Source of the DNA: Eledone cirrhosa
Lineage: Eukaryota
Direction: 5' to 3'
NCBI GenBank assembly: GCA_964016885.1
Contig: OZ024741.1
Location: forward strand, 287,184,001 to 287,248,000
DNA: 64,000 nucleotides
The number at the start of each line of letters is the position of its first letter. Within the stretch, counting starts at the first letter, position 1. A model generated the notes under the pieces. That model had not been told where the DNA came from, made no database searches, and saw nothing but the letters and a program-made list of their open reading frames with translations. This document shows positions 12,022-24,803 of this stretch, in pieces. Both the position numbers and the translations under genes were made by a program.

Positions 12022-14188
12022 CTATAGTCTGATGTAGAGTGAAGGCCCATTCACACGGGCCATTCTCGCCACTTTCACCCATCTTTCATAGAAACGGCTG
12101 GGGTGCAGCACCTCTCTCTCCATCCTGATCCTTCTTCCGAAATGATATCGGAAGAAACGGACCAGTTGTTGGCCAGAGAGAAAGGTGCCTGACCTCAGTC
12201 CTTTCAGACGCGTCCACCATACAACCTCTTTCGCCATGGCTATTACGCACAGAAACACCGCCTCTGCTTCATCTTTGAAGGGGGGAGGCGGCTTGATCAT
12301 TACAATAGACTCGGTGGTCAACCGGATCGGTCCCACCCTTGACAGCAGTTGTTCGACATAGCCCCACAGATCGGCTACGCCCGAGCAGTGTACGGTTTCC
12401 TCGTCGCACACGCATCTGGGACAGATCTTTTTGGCGGGGTCCCTACCCGGGCGCCCGTGTCTGTAGAGCCTTTCTCGAACGGGTAAAGCCCCTCGGTAGC
12501 ACTGCCAGGCCAGGGACTTCTGGAAGTTGTCCATAGGTCCCGGGCTGAAAGTCCTACCGAACAGGCTGGCCAGTTCGTCCTCCTCCATGCCTAGGGCTTC
12601 TCCGAGGGCGTCGTCGCACCTGCTGCGTACCAGCCCTCTATAGAATGTTGCGGTGGAGTCTCCACTGATAACCGGATCCGCCTGCCAGAGGGCGGTGAGC
12701 GCCTGGGCACACTCAGTGTGCCAGGTGCCCAGTTTTCTCGGTCTTTGCTTGACCCAGGATTGCAGCTCGGTGAGTGAGACGAGTCTGGGAAAGGTTCGTC
12801 TCACAAACGAGGCCCACACCGGTTTCCCGGTGAGGAATACGTAGAGGTGCCGTAGCCTTAATGCGTGTTTACGCATCATTAGCCACGGCATCCCCAGCCC
12901 TCCTTTCGAAGGGTGTTGACAGCAGATGGATCTCCTCACCATAGGAGCCCGCCTCTTCCAAAGGAATTGGAAGAGCGCGCGCTCCATCTTGGTGAGGGTT
13001 TCCCTTGGGCAGGGCACTACGGTCAGGCGGTAGCAGATGACGGACGCTATGTAGGTGTTCGCCACCTCTGCCCGACCTTTCAGGGATAGTTTGCAACTGG
13101 CCCACTTCTGGGTCAGTGCAAACACCCTGTTCGTAACCTCCGCCCAGTTTTTCTCCACCTGGAGGTCCGGTCCGAACCAGACCCCGAGCAACTTCACCGG
13201 GCCCTCCGTCCAGCGTCCGACGACGCCATCGGAGGGCATCGGTCTGCCCCTCCACGTGCCGAGTTGCAAACCGATCGACTTGTCCCGGTACAGCTTAGCC
13301 CCTGTGAACTTTTCGTACTCCTCCAGTAAGGTGCCGACCGCCTCGATTTCGGAGGCCGTCGACACCATTACTGTCACGTCATCGGCGTAGGCCGACACCG
13401 CTTTCCGCAATCCCGGTTCCAAAGGGATGCCCTGCAACAACTCCAACTTCCGCAGTAGTGGCTCGAGAGTCAACACATACAGAAGGGAGGAGAGAGGGCA
13501 CCCTTGTCGGATGGACCGCGCGATTTTGAACGGCTCCGAGAGGTAGCCGTTCACCTTGACCCTAGAGCAGATGCGGCTGCTGTGTATAGCAGTGATCCAG
13601 CCCCTGAAAACGGGTCCGAAGCCTGCCGCCGCTAGCACCGCATCCAGGTAACCATGGTCGACCCTATCGAACGCCTTAGATTGATCCAAGTTGATCAGAG
13701 CCCCACCAAAGCCGGGTTCGTTCCCAACCCTCTCTATGATGTATCGCATGAGGTGGAGGTTGTCATGGATGGACCTGGACGGGATAGCGCATGTCTGCGC
13801 ATCTCCCACCAGGTTGCCCACGACAAGCGCCAACCTCTTTGCTAGCACCTTGGCCAGAATCTGTAACTCTGTATTTAGCAGAGTTATGGGCCTGAAGTTA
13901 CTTAACCACTAGTCGACCCTCCGGGTCCAAATGTACCATCTGTGTTGCGAGACCCAGATGTTTTTGCAGCAGAACGACAACTCCACCCACACCTCCGGGC
14001 TGACAGAGAGATGCGTGCATCTCAAAGTCATCAAAGGTGGGGGCCAGCTGTCGCACGTTGCTGATCCGGGCCTCGCAAATAACCATCACATCTATACGTT
14101 GTGACCTGAGGTCATTTAGAAGCATTGCTTGCTTCCAAGTTGAGCCCAGGCCACGCGCATTTAAACAGCCTACTCTTAGCATAGCCAT
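12022..14188 (-). pseudogene. ORF2 of copy 2 (APE N-terminus 13898-14188; RT/C-terminus 12022-13899)
   Basis: High similarity to copy 1 ORF2; internal deletion; HALVH segment of the CCHC partly deleted (EETVHC). Confidence 0.9.
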
Positions 14189-14212
14189 GTTGGTGGTGAA
14201 GAGAAAAGGCAC

Positions 14213-16009
14213 TTACCTCTCTGCGTCCCGGGTATCGGGCTGCACAATTTCCATTAGGGTGGGGGATGGGTTGTTGGTTGGGGTGGTGGTTTGTGGAAGT
14301 GTGGGGGCATCAGTGTGTTGTGTGGTTGGGAAGCTTGGAGTTGTGTGGGTGTTTGGGGAGGGGGTGGGATAGTTTTTTAGGAGGACGCGGTTAATGGGCC
14401 CGACGCAGGGGGGACCCACGTCCTCTTTAAAATTGTTTTTTAAAGTTTTATAGGTGTCCTGTGGGGCCTTAATCATTTTGAGGTGGGGGAAATCCCCTGC
14501 CTGGGTGAAGTTAGGCCCTTGTGTTTTTATTAGATTGTTGTTGTACACAATGTTTAACAGTTTTTTGTTTCTTGTGTTTATGTATGTGTATGCATGTTTT
14601 TGTTTTTGTGTGGTGTTTTTTGTTTGCTGTTGTTGTGAGCTCTTTTGTGTTGGTGTCAGTGTTATGTTTTGGGGAGGGGTTTTTTTCATTTGTGTGTCTG
14701 AGGTGTGTTTTCTTTTTTTTCTTTTGATTGTGTGGAAGTGCTCCTCCTCGTCTGACGACGAACTAGGGTCATCTTCCGCGTTGGAGGGGAGGGGTATATT
14801 TTCGGGTTGTGTTTGCGTTACGGGTGTTTTGGAAATTGTTTTTGTTTTTTGAGTGGAGGGGATGGGTTGGACATTGTTTTGTTTTGGTTTGAGCTGTGGT
14901 GGTTGTTTTTGTAGTGGTAGTTGTGGTGATTGTGTTGGTTGTGCAGTTGTTGGTGGTGTAGGCAGGATTGGGGTTTTCTTATTAAGTTGGGGACAGACAG
15001 CCCTCAGGTGACCTCTGGTTCCGCAGAGGTAACACGAGGGCCGTCTACCCTCAACGGTAATGTTGATGAAGGTTAGATCATCCAGTATGACGCGTTCAGG
15101 GATCTGGGCGATCCTTTCGGGCCTCATTTGAACTACAAGTTCGAGGCTCGTTCCACTGAACGCGTCACCCGATGCCTTTCCCATGGACACCAGCATGTCA
15201 TCCTCCAGGTCCAGAAAACCTGTCAAAACCCACCATATGTCCATAATCGGCAGGATGGTGTGGATTTTTATTTTTTGTGTTCTTCTACCCATGTACGTAG
15301 GGTAGAAGGTGTATGCGGTGGATGTGATTGGTTTGATGGACAGTTTCACTGCTGTGTCCCTGTCCTTCATGAGAATGGATAGACTCCCGTAGAGTCTATC
15401 CTTCTGAATGAAGGTGATGTCCTTCATGACGTCTTTTAAAACCAGCTCTATCTCGCTCTGTGATGGTTGAGCTGGTTTTTTTACTTTTGTTCGAGATTGT
15501 CCTAAACATGACCGTGTTTAGGAGTCTCTGGCTTTTTAGTTCCGGGGGGGGGAATGGATTGTGAATGAACCATTTTCCCCGTACACTATATATTTTTTCG
15601 CATCCGCCAGTAGCTCCTTCGCTTTTGTTATATCTACTGGCAGATAGTCGAGGGTTTTCCTTGTCGTCTCGGCGAAGGAGAAATTTTGTTTGTTTGTGTT
15701 GTTGTTGTCGTTGGTGGTGTTGTTGTTATCATTGTTGTTGTTGTCACCGTTATTGGTCTTGTTGTTGTTGTTATTGTTATTGTTATTGGTGTTGTTTTCG
15801 TCCGTCGCATTGTTGTTGTTGTTGCTGTTGCTGCTGGTTCTTTGGGTTGTTGCCATGGCAACGTCAAGTTGTCGGTTAACAGGTGGAGAGAATTCTTCCT
15901 CTGGCTGACCTTTCTTCTTGACCTCTGCTACTGTGACAGTGGCAGGGGGAAGCTTTAAGTTCATCTTCCCCTTTCCTCCTTCGAATTTTGGTGAAGAAGC
16001 TTCGGCCAT
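14213..16009 (-). pseudogene. ORF1 of copy 2, split by frameshift(s) near 15470-15550
   Basis: ORFs 15536-16009 and 14213-15427; CYLCGTRGHLRAVC; ends MEIVQPDTRDAER*. Confidence 0.85.
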
Positions 16010-16227
16010 TTAAAAAAAATATTGACTTTTCAACAAGAAAAAACTTTTTTTTTTTGTTTAACTATTTCGCCTAAAGGCGTAGAATATTTTGAGAGACTGA
16101 CTAGATCAAAGTTTGACCTGGCAGTCCCTCTACAAAATGGTACAAAAATTAAAGTTATCAGACAAGAATTTCTATAGAAATTTAAACAGAACTTACTCAG
16201 CAAGTTATACGCGTGTGTCCATCCCAG

Positions 16228-16337
<110 letters not shown>

Positions 16338-16690
16338 GTAGGCAGATGAGCGGGGAGACGTAAAATGAGAAATTGTTATTCGCTGATTGGAGATTTTTTT
16401 CTTTTTTTAAGATCAGTCATTATCAGTATTAAGATTCAAATCTCTACTGTCATTGGAAGTTGCTAAAAGTTTGAAGTACATGCCACGATTAACAAGTTAC
16501 AAATCTGTTGTATGAAGTATCAGGCATTTGTCTCTCATTTGAGATTAATAAATACCAGGCATATTTTTGTAAAGTCTTTCTTGTAATTATCAATCTTATA
16601 TGAAAGGCACAAAACTTTCTGTGAACACTCTTCATATATATGTATATATATATATACCTTGCTTACCTCATTACATCTTATAGATGTCAT

Positions 16691-16755
<65 letters not shown>

Positions 16756-16788
16756 GCTTACCTCATTACATCTTATAGATGTCATTAC

Positions 16789-16830
<42 letters not shown>

Positions 16831-16935
16831 CCTTGCTTACCTCATTACATCTTATAGATGTCATTACTATATATATATATATGTATATATATATATACCT
16901 TGCTTACCTCATTACATCTTATAGATGTCATTACT

Positions 16936-18550
16936 ATCATCATCATCATCATCATCAACGTTTAACGTCCGTGTTCCACGCTTGCATGGGTTTGGACGGG
17001 GGTAGTCCCACTTGAGGCAAGAGTGATTGTCTTGCTCGCATAGGACTGTCTGGCAGGTTTTCTACAGTTGGATGCCCTTCCTAACACCAACCACATTTAC
17101 AGTGTGGGTCTGGGAGGTTTTTACCGTGCTGCCTACACGGCCACATTACAGCGTGGACTGTGTGTTTTTTTGTCGTGACACCTACACGATCTCATTTGTT
17201 TCGGCCTGGATGGCGCGGCACCAACATAACTTTACATAGGACGGGGTGGTGTGGATGGGTGGGGGTGGTGGCGGGACGAGGTGTATTTTGTTAGAGATGC
17301 CTACTGGCAAGGCGGGTCTTCTCTGTTACTGAGTACCGCCAAAGGTCTCGGTCCAGTGACATTGTCTTGGAGAGGTGTAAGTGTGTGAGGTCGGAGTTTA
17401 TCAGCTCGTCCCAGGTTTTTCTAGGTCTGCCTATTCCGTGGCTACCGTCTATCTTTATTGCCCTGCACTTTGTTATACAGCTATCGACTTTCATGCGCAT
17501 CACGTGTCCATACCAACGTAGCCTTCTCTCGAGTAAACAACATCTGATCCCTCTTATCTCTAATTTTTTCCTTAGTTCGTTTATGCTTTGCCGTTCACGT
17601 ATATTACTGTTACACATCCAGCGGAGCATGCAAGCTTCGTTCCTCTCTAGTCTGCGTATATCCTCTGCTCACAATGCCCAGGTCTCACTGCCATGCAACA
17701 TTGCTGTTCGTATGCAGGCATCGTACAGCCTGCCTTTCATTTTTAGGGAGAACCCTTTAGCAGCTAATAGTGGTATAAGCTCTCTGAACTTTTTCCAACC
17801 AGTTCTGACTCTAGCTACAGTACTTTCAGAGCACCCTCCCCCACTGCTGATTTTATCGCCCAGGTAACGGAAGCTGTCCACTATTTCTATAGAACCCTCT
17901 GCGCAATTGAAAGAGCTAGTATTTTGTGGGCACTTGCTGCTACTTATTGCACCAGAACACCGGCCACATGTAAAATCTATGTTCTTAGTTAGCTTACCTG
18001 TGATCCCACTACATCTTTTATGCACCCATACTTTGCATTTAGGACATAAAATGGAGTTTCTACCTACGCCTTTCCTACACACCGAGCACGACCATTTCCC
18101 AGAAGGGACCGCCGCCTTGTTTTCTTTCCTACAAACTAGAACTTTGGTCTTAGCCAGGTTAATTTTAAGTCCTTTTGACTCTAGGCCGTGCTTCCATGTT
18201 TGGAATTTCTTCTCTAGCTCGACCATTGATTCCGCTATGAGTGTCAGGTCGTCTGCGTATAGGAGTTCCCATGGGCAGCCTGTCTTGAACTCCTCTGTTA
18301 TAGCCTGAAGGGCAATAATAAATAGTAGGGGGCTGAGAACAGAGCCCTGATGGACGCCAACTTTTACGCTAAACTCTTCACTATATTCGTTGTTAATTCT
18401 AACCTTGCTGACTGTTTCTTTATACATGGCTTGTATAGCCCTCACAAGCCATTCGTCAACGCCTAGTTTTCTAAGAGCCCACCAGATAATGGAGCGGGGG
18501 ACTCTGTCGAAGGCTTTCTCCAAGTCGACAAAAGCTAAGTAGAGGGGTTT
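16936..18550 (-). mobile_element. 5'-truncated RTE-clade LINE with (TGA)n tail
   Basis: AFVDLEKAFDRV, GVHQGSVLSP, LLYADDL, FRYLG, RLRWYGHVMR, GRPRKTW; (CAT)n on + strand at 16936-16955. Confidence 0.9.
17291..18550 (-). pseudogene. RTE reverse transcriptase fragment with inserted PHD-type finger; in-frame stop at 17669
   Basis: ORFs 17669-18523 and 17291-17629 are in the same frame; CSVC..ILCPKCKVWVHKRC..FTCGRC. Confidence 0.85.
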
Positions 18551-18557
18551 ACCTTAC

Positions 18558-18589
<32 letters not shown>

Positions 18590-18679
18590 CCTTGCTTACC
18601 TCATTACATCTTATAGATGTCATTACTATATATATATATATATGTATATATATATACCTTGCTTACCTCATTACATCTT

Positions 18680-18971
<292 letters not shown>

Positions 18972-18983
18972 TTTAATAATAAT

Positions 18984-19064
18984 TGTTTCTACTTTAGGCA
19001 CAAGGTCAGCAATTACGCAGTGCATTACTGGTACTTTATTTTATCGACCCCGTAAGGATGAAAG
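18984..19064 (-). mobile_element. tRNA-derived Meta-type SINE, partial
   Basis: GGCACAAGGTCAGCAATT..GTACTTTATTTTATCGACCCCGTAAGGATGAAAG, shared with many copies in the window. Confidence 0.8.
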
Positions 19065-19340
19065 AGGAATAATGCTGTGATATATATTTCAATGGTGAGA
19101 GTGTCCACACTGTTCTGTGTGCCAGTGTCGCGACATCGTCAGACAGCTTGTTACATAATAAGGTTATGTTTCCGAGGCAATCCAAATTGAATCGGCATGG
19201 GAACGGACGAAGTGTGTGCTTTTGGGTTCTTCATCCGTTCCCCTGTGAGTACCAATTCACCCCCACCGGTCTGCCCAGGCGCAGGTCCAGAGGAAGTTGA
19301 CCATTAGCTACCGCAGATTTCAACGAAATTCGCTTAATCA

Positions 19341-19461
<121 letters not shown>

Positions 19462-19529
19462 AAGAATGAATAATAACAGGTAGACATCATAAAATGGTAA
19501 TTTATTCCGAGTGCTTACAAATGTTTCAA

Positions 19530-20666
19530 CTCTAGTTATACAGGAATGCAGACCACCGTGATAAAATAGATTACATTGATAAGAATCTCCATGGCACACA
19601 TAACTGCACACGCAATCAAAGAATATATAACCGGGGTACAGAAATACAAGCGCACACACACAGTACCACCAGACATACTAATAGAAAATCATCACCAAAT
19701 AAATCACGTTGTAGAAAGTATATCTGGTATAATCCCATTATTAATGCTTCGATTAGTACAAAACTATTTCTTTTATTCTTTAAGTTAATTAACCATTTCC
19801 CTAGTTCTCATAAATACAGTAAAATCCTAACTCTAAGACTATTAAGCTATCATACTCCACTGCACCAAACCTTGAAGCATACATAAAAAAACTTAACTTA
19901 AAGCAATTATTAAACAACACTACAAAACAAAATATTTTAGTAACAGATGAGCATAACGTAATATCGCCACCCCCTCCCCAACCACCAAATGGGAGGCGGG
20001 TATTACACAACCCACCTGAACTGTTATCCCAACCTATCCATGGTATACCTGCTACCCACAACAAAAACTGCAACTGCCACCTACCCGAAAGATGCCCATT
20101 GAAGAACAAATGCCTAGAGTCCAACATTGTTTATCAATGCACCGTTGAATCGAACGACCAGAAATGGTATTACATTGTATCTACTACTACCTCCTTTAAA
20201 TCTCGCTGGTATCGTCATCGATTTTCGATTAAGCATCCTAAACACCGTCTTGTGACTACGCTCGCCAATAAGACCTGGCAACTCCAAGAATGCAACCGGC
20301 AGTTCACCTTGAAATGGAATAAACAATCCAGCGCTAGTGCATATCGGAGTGGATTGAAGTACTGCAGATTATGCAACCTTGAACTCTTCTATATCTTAAA
20401 ATCCAAAAACAAATTACTAAATGACAGAATCGAACGATCGTTATACTGCAACCACAAACTAAATTCTCTCACTATAAAATAACTTAACATTTGAACCCGA
20501 GACTACAACATCGCTTTCTCGCTAACTAATTCCTCTCAATAACTACTTCCTAACTATATCGCTCACCCCACATGTTCTAACTCTTTTCCTTATACCCACT
20601 CTACTATCCTAAGTATCGAGTACTCTGGTGTGTTATGGTCCACCTGGATCCTTACCACACTTCCTT

Positions 20667-20668
<2 letters not shown>
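19530..20668 (+). mobile_element. Truncated PLE (family B): GIY-YIG end plus 3' tail into (TA)n
   Basis: NCNCHLPERCPL..C, IVYQC..WYYI, FKSRWYRH, CRLCNLE (ORF 20099-20482); homologous to 46813-48032 and 61511-62820. Confidence 0.85.
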
Positions 20669-20716
<48 letters not shown>

Positions 20717-20867
20717 AACATACACAAACACAAGTACATACACACCGACACACACACACACACACACCAAGAGATGTCAACATGAATGGACCTGTTATTT
20801 TTATCTAAAGACATTTTTTCTAATTCCATCCCGCCCGTCCCCTTAATCTATCTTATTTCTCATTCTT

Positions 20868-20903
20868 TCTTCTGATGAAGGACTAGCGTCCAAAACGTTA
20901 AGA
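20868..20903 (+). ncRNA. Hammerhead ribozyme relic (G12->A)
   Basis: TCTT-CTGATGA-A-GGAC-TAGC-GTCC-AAAA-CG-TT-AAGA; palindromic stem III AACGTT. Confidence 0.7.
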
Positions 20904-20984
20904 CCCTCTTCCTGCTATATCAAGCGTTAACCTAATATATCCCTTCCATATACTGTACCGATTGTGTTGTTATTTCTGTTTACA

Positions 20985-21022
<38 letters not shown>

Positions 21023-21133
21023 TAAAAGGAATTCCAACTTTGTCTGATTTACTCGTTTTATTTACAATCCTTTAAAATTATAATGGCATTAGAATGAAAT
21101 AGTATGGTAGAATATTAAATGTTAAGTGTTAAT

Positions 21134-21172
21134 TGAACAAGTACTTTCATACTTTCGCAATCTTCAGGTTCA
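21134..21172 (-). ncRNA. Hammerhead ribozyme motif (left arm)
   Basis: TGAAC-CTGAAGA-T-TGC-GAAA-GTA-T-GAAA-GTAC-TT-GTTCA; palindromic AAGTACTT. Confidence 0.72.
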
Positions 21173-21245
21173 TATTCTGTGGTGACAGTCAAGTTTGCAA
21201 TTTTCAACTGTTGAAAATTGCAAACTAGACTGTCACCACAGAATT

Positions 21246-21284
21246 TAAACCTGAAGATTGCGAAAGTATGAAAGTACTTGTTCA
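21246..21284 (+). ncRNA. Hammerhead ribozyme motif (right arm)
   Basis: AAC-CTGAAGA-TTGCGAAAGTAT-GAAA-GTAC-TT-GTT. Confidence 0.68.
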
Positions 21285-22331
21285 ATTAACACTTAACATT
21301 TAATATTCTACCATACTATTTCGTTATAATATTATCATTTTAAAGGATTGTAAATAAAACGAGTAAATCAGACAAAGTTGGAATTCCTTTTATTAATCTA
21401 ATCTTCTATACACAATCATACACACCCGTGTATATTTATTTATATATCTATATCTCTCTATATATATATATGTGTGTGTGTGTGTGCAATACGAGATTAA
21501 TGACACTGTTTTCGTTAAAAGTTCCCTTTATAAGATACAGCGATAGTTTTAACACGAAAAGTCGCCGTGATAAAAGATTATGGGGAGATTAAGTGATGTT
21601 TTAAAAGAGAACGAAGAAGAAGTGTTGAGTGAAAAAATAAAACAAAATAAAACAAAGCAAAAAAGCAAAAAAGCAGAAAAATAACTAGATAAACGGAATG
21701 AGAAAGGAAATGACGTGGGGGATATAAAGAAAATCAAACTGAAACAGTGAAATTAGTTGCATTGTGCTTGTACAAATGTCGGTATAGGTGGCTTTGAATA
21801 CTTGACTCTCGGTGAAAGGAATCTCGGGGGAAATATTAGTAGGTGAAATTTATTTGTTTTATTATTTAAGACGTTTGCAATGTCTGAATTAATTTATATT
21901 TACTAAATGATTTTATTTACTATTTTTTTTAAATTCTTAACACATTTCTTAAGAACAATTCGTTTAGTAGCAGTAGATTTAATTCTAGGCCGGTTTTACG
22001 CCAGCATCAGGCCTCTAGCTGAGTTTATTTTGAATAGTGGAGTTACTTTGTCCTAAAGTGGACGGCGAATAGGCATAGGCATTAGAACGTCTCATAGATG
22101 CTTTGTAGTATTCATCTCGGTTCTCTGTACCCTGAGCTCTCAAATCCTGTTTTTTCTTCCTTTTTTCCCCAAGTTAATATATCAGAGGCGATAGAAGCAT
22201 TTCTGAATTGTTGTTGTTGTTGTTGTTGGTGGTGGTGGGAGGGGGGGGGGTCAAATTTGTACAATTCAATTATAGTTATTAGTTTAGCTCTTTGAACTCT
22301 AAAATGGTCAGAAAACTTCGATTTGCGATAA

Positions 22332-22447
22332 ACATAACATGTACATAAATTGTAGCTCATATCCAAATAGATGTGTGTTTTGGTAGTTTGGGGAGAAAAT
22401 ATAATTATTGGAGGGGGTATGCCTCCAACCCAGTTCCGCCGCCACTG
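22332..22447. repeat. Dispersed repeat, second copy at ~30570-30693; ends in CCGCCGCCACTG (possible DNA-transposon end)
   Basis: ACATAACATGTACATAAATTGTAGC..AAATAGATGTGTGTTTTG..AGTTCC(G/A)CCGC..CTGTA in both places. Confidence 0.6.
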
Positions 22448-22550
22448 TATATATACAATTTTTAAAAAATATGCTCTCTGATAAGGGGTTAATATATCGA
22501 GCTTCTTCGCATTTGGTAAAAAACTGGTATTATACCTAATTTATTCGTCT

Positions 22551-22596
<46 letters not shown>

Positions 22597-22602
<6 letters not shown>

Positions 22603-23055
22603 GGAAAAAATGAAACGAAATTTCATTTCCCACTCTTAGTACGGCTGTTACTTAAATATAAGTATGTATACGTACATACATATGTGTATACAGACGTACA
22701 GTAGTATGCATATATATATATATACATACATGCAAACATATATATATATGTACGTATGGATTCACCGAACATTTATTATAACGGCTCGGTGTGTTTGTAA
22801 ACAAACATCCCGAATTAAGCCGTACAGTGTCTAGCAACCATCGTTGCTCATTTGTTCAACACTGACAAAGGAATGCTGTACTAGTTTCAAGCTTATTAGC
22901 TATCGTCAGCAACGTATACCTTCCTGCCAGATGGTTGAACGTCTGAAAGTATATACTTTCCTTATGCAAATTAACGGCTGAGCAGCCTAATTTGCATATC
23001 GAGTGAGTTAATCGGCCGGGGTATCGAAAACGATAAACGGAAAAAATGAAACGAA

Positions 23056-23062
<7 letters not shown>
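22597..23062 (-). mobile_element. Retrozyme-like non-coding element: 436-bp unit + 30-bp terminal direct repeat, in (TA)n
   Basis: ATAAACGGAAAAAATGAAACGAAATTTCAT at 22597-22626 and 23033-23062; internal hammerhead; no credible ORF. Confidence 0.8.
22875..22913 (-). ncRNA. Minimal type I hammerhead ribozyme, GUA cleavage triplet
   Basis: GTTG-CTGACGA-T-AGCT-AATA-AGCT-T-GAAA-CTAG-TA-CAGC; palindromic stem III ACTAGT. Confidence 0.85.
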
Positions 23063-23094
<32 letters not shown>

Positions 23095-23619
23095 TTATTA
23101 TGGCTATTGGTGAACTTTATTACTCTAAAGTTTCACCTGCGCATTCACAGGATCGCCAGTCTTGTCTGGTGAGTACGCAGGTGAGACTCGAGTGTAACAA
23201 GCCTTAGCCATAATAAATGAAAATTTAAACTCAACTTCGGTATTGAATTTTCATTTTTACGTTCGTCAATAATTCCCGTACACTCAGGTCTTGAATAATC
23301 GTCCCCGCCCCCGGTTTTTATTTCATGCCCAACCCCCACTCGTTTATTAAATTTTGCTAATCTATCTGCGGCGAAATTTTATTGTAAGTGATTCATATTG
23401 ATACAGCAGCTGGATAATCTAATAATTATTTTATTTTACATTAAAAAGGCATGACAAAAGAAGAACATTACAAGAAATCTCATATTTACGAAAGTACACT
23501 ATACAATTACTGATTTCCCCTTTATTGTCCCCCCACCTCCTATTATTTGGGGCCCGAGAGTGCCGCAAAACTCTCCTCCTCTCTATGTCTATCATACACA
23601 ATTCTCTTTTAATCTCCCT

Positions 23620-24803
23620 CTCTGTAACTACTAAAACCAACCTCTAACCCCTCTCTGAACCTACTACGACACCGCCTCTCTTATCCCACGCTCTATATCT
23701 AAGGTTAATTCACTCTCTCACTTTCTATAAATATATACAACTCTGTATATTAAACACCCTAAACTCTCACCGTCTCTATATTTACTACACGGCACTCCTC
23801 CATTATGCCTCTCTATATATCTACAACCACCAAATTCTCCCCCTCTTTATATCTGCTACAAGGAACTCTCTTCCAATCCCCCTCTCTATATCAATTAACA
23901 CCAAACTATCCCCCTCTCTATATCTACCATACAATACTCTCTCTCATTCCCTTTCACTCTATCTATCACTACCAAACACTCCCCTCTCTATATTTATCAA
24001 TACCTATCTCTATCAATCCTCTCCTTCTATTCATTACCACGAAACTCTCCCCCTCTCTACATCAACCATACAACATACTCTCCCAATACCACTCTCTATA
24101 TCAATTAACACCAAACTCTCCTCCTCTTTATATCTACTACACGGAACTCTCTTCCAAACCCCTTCTCTATATCAACTAAGACAAAACTCCCCACTCTCTA
24201 CATCAATAAACATCAATCTCTTCCCAAACCCCTCACTATATCAATTACCACCAAACTATCTCCCTGTTTATATCTACCATACAACACTCTCTCTCATTCC
24301 CCCTCTCTATCCATCACTACCAAACTCTCCTTCTCTCTATACCTACCATACAACACTTCTCCCCCAACGCCCCTCTCTATATCAGTTAACACCAAACTCT
24401 CCCCCGTCTCTATATCTACTACACGGATCTCTCTTCCAATCCCCCTCTCTATATCAATTAACACCAAACTATCCCCCTCTCTATATCCACCATACAATAC
24501 TCTCTCTCATTCCCTTTCACTCTATCTATCACTAGTAAACACTCCCCTATCTATATCTATCAATACCTATCTCTATCAATCCTCTCCTTCTATTCATTAC
24601 CACCAAACTCTCCCCCTCTCTACATCAACCATACAACATACTCTCCAAATCCCCCTCACTATATCAATTAACACCAAAACTCTCCACCTCTCTATATCTA
24701 CTACACGGAACTCTCTCTATATCAATACATATCAATATCTACCCCTGTCAATATCTAATATACAACACACTATCCCTAACTTCCTCTCTATATCAATTAC
24801 CAC
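23620..24803. repeat. C/T-rich complex tandem array (CCAAACTCTCCCCCTCTCTATATC-type units) with a ~563-bp higher-order duplication; resumes at 30505-30570
   Basis: 23941 matches 24504 onward; near absence of G on the + strand. Confidence 0.85.

Larger units (their letters stand above)
11759..16226 (-). mobile_element. Tx1-like copy 2, with a ~1.26 kb internal ORF2 deletion
   Basis: Same architecture as copy 1; endonuclease GRLVV is joined to RT NFRPITLLN near 13900. Confidence 0.92.
16657..18679. repeat. Tandem minisatellite CCTTGCTTACCTCATTACATCTTATAGATGTCATTAC + variable (TA)n, 6 copies, interrupted by an RTE
   Basis: Copies at about 16657, 16752, 16831, 16898, 18590 and 18657 (partial). 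Confidence 0.9.
21018..21432. mobile_element. Asymmetric fold-back (arms ~190 bp, centre ~21209) in (TA)n; PLE pLTR-like
   Basis: 21018-21208 is the near-perfect reverse complement of 21210-21397; right arm runs ~35 bp further. Confidence 0.88.

Noticed and set aside
16657-16934. CRISPR-like regularly spaced 37-bp repeat with an internal palindrome
   Set aside because: Spacers are pure (TA)n, there are no cas genes, and the context is eukaryotic
17669-17671. In-frame TGA in the RTE (selenocysteine or read-through?)
   Set aside because: Single truncated copy, not at an evident Cys position, no SECIS seen; nonsense mutation is more likely
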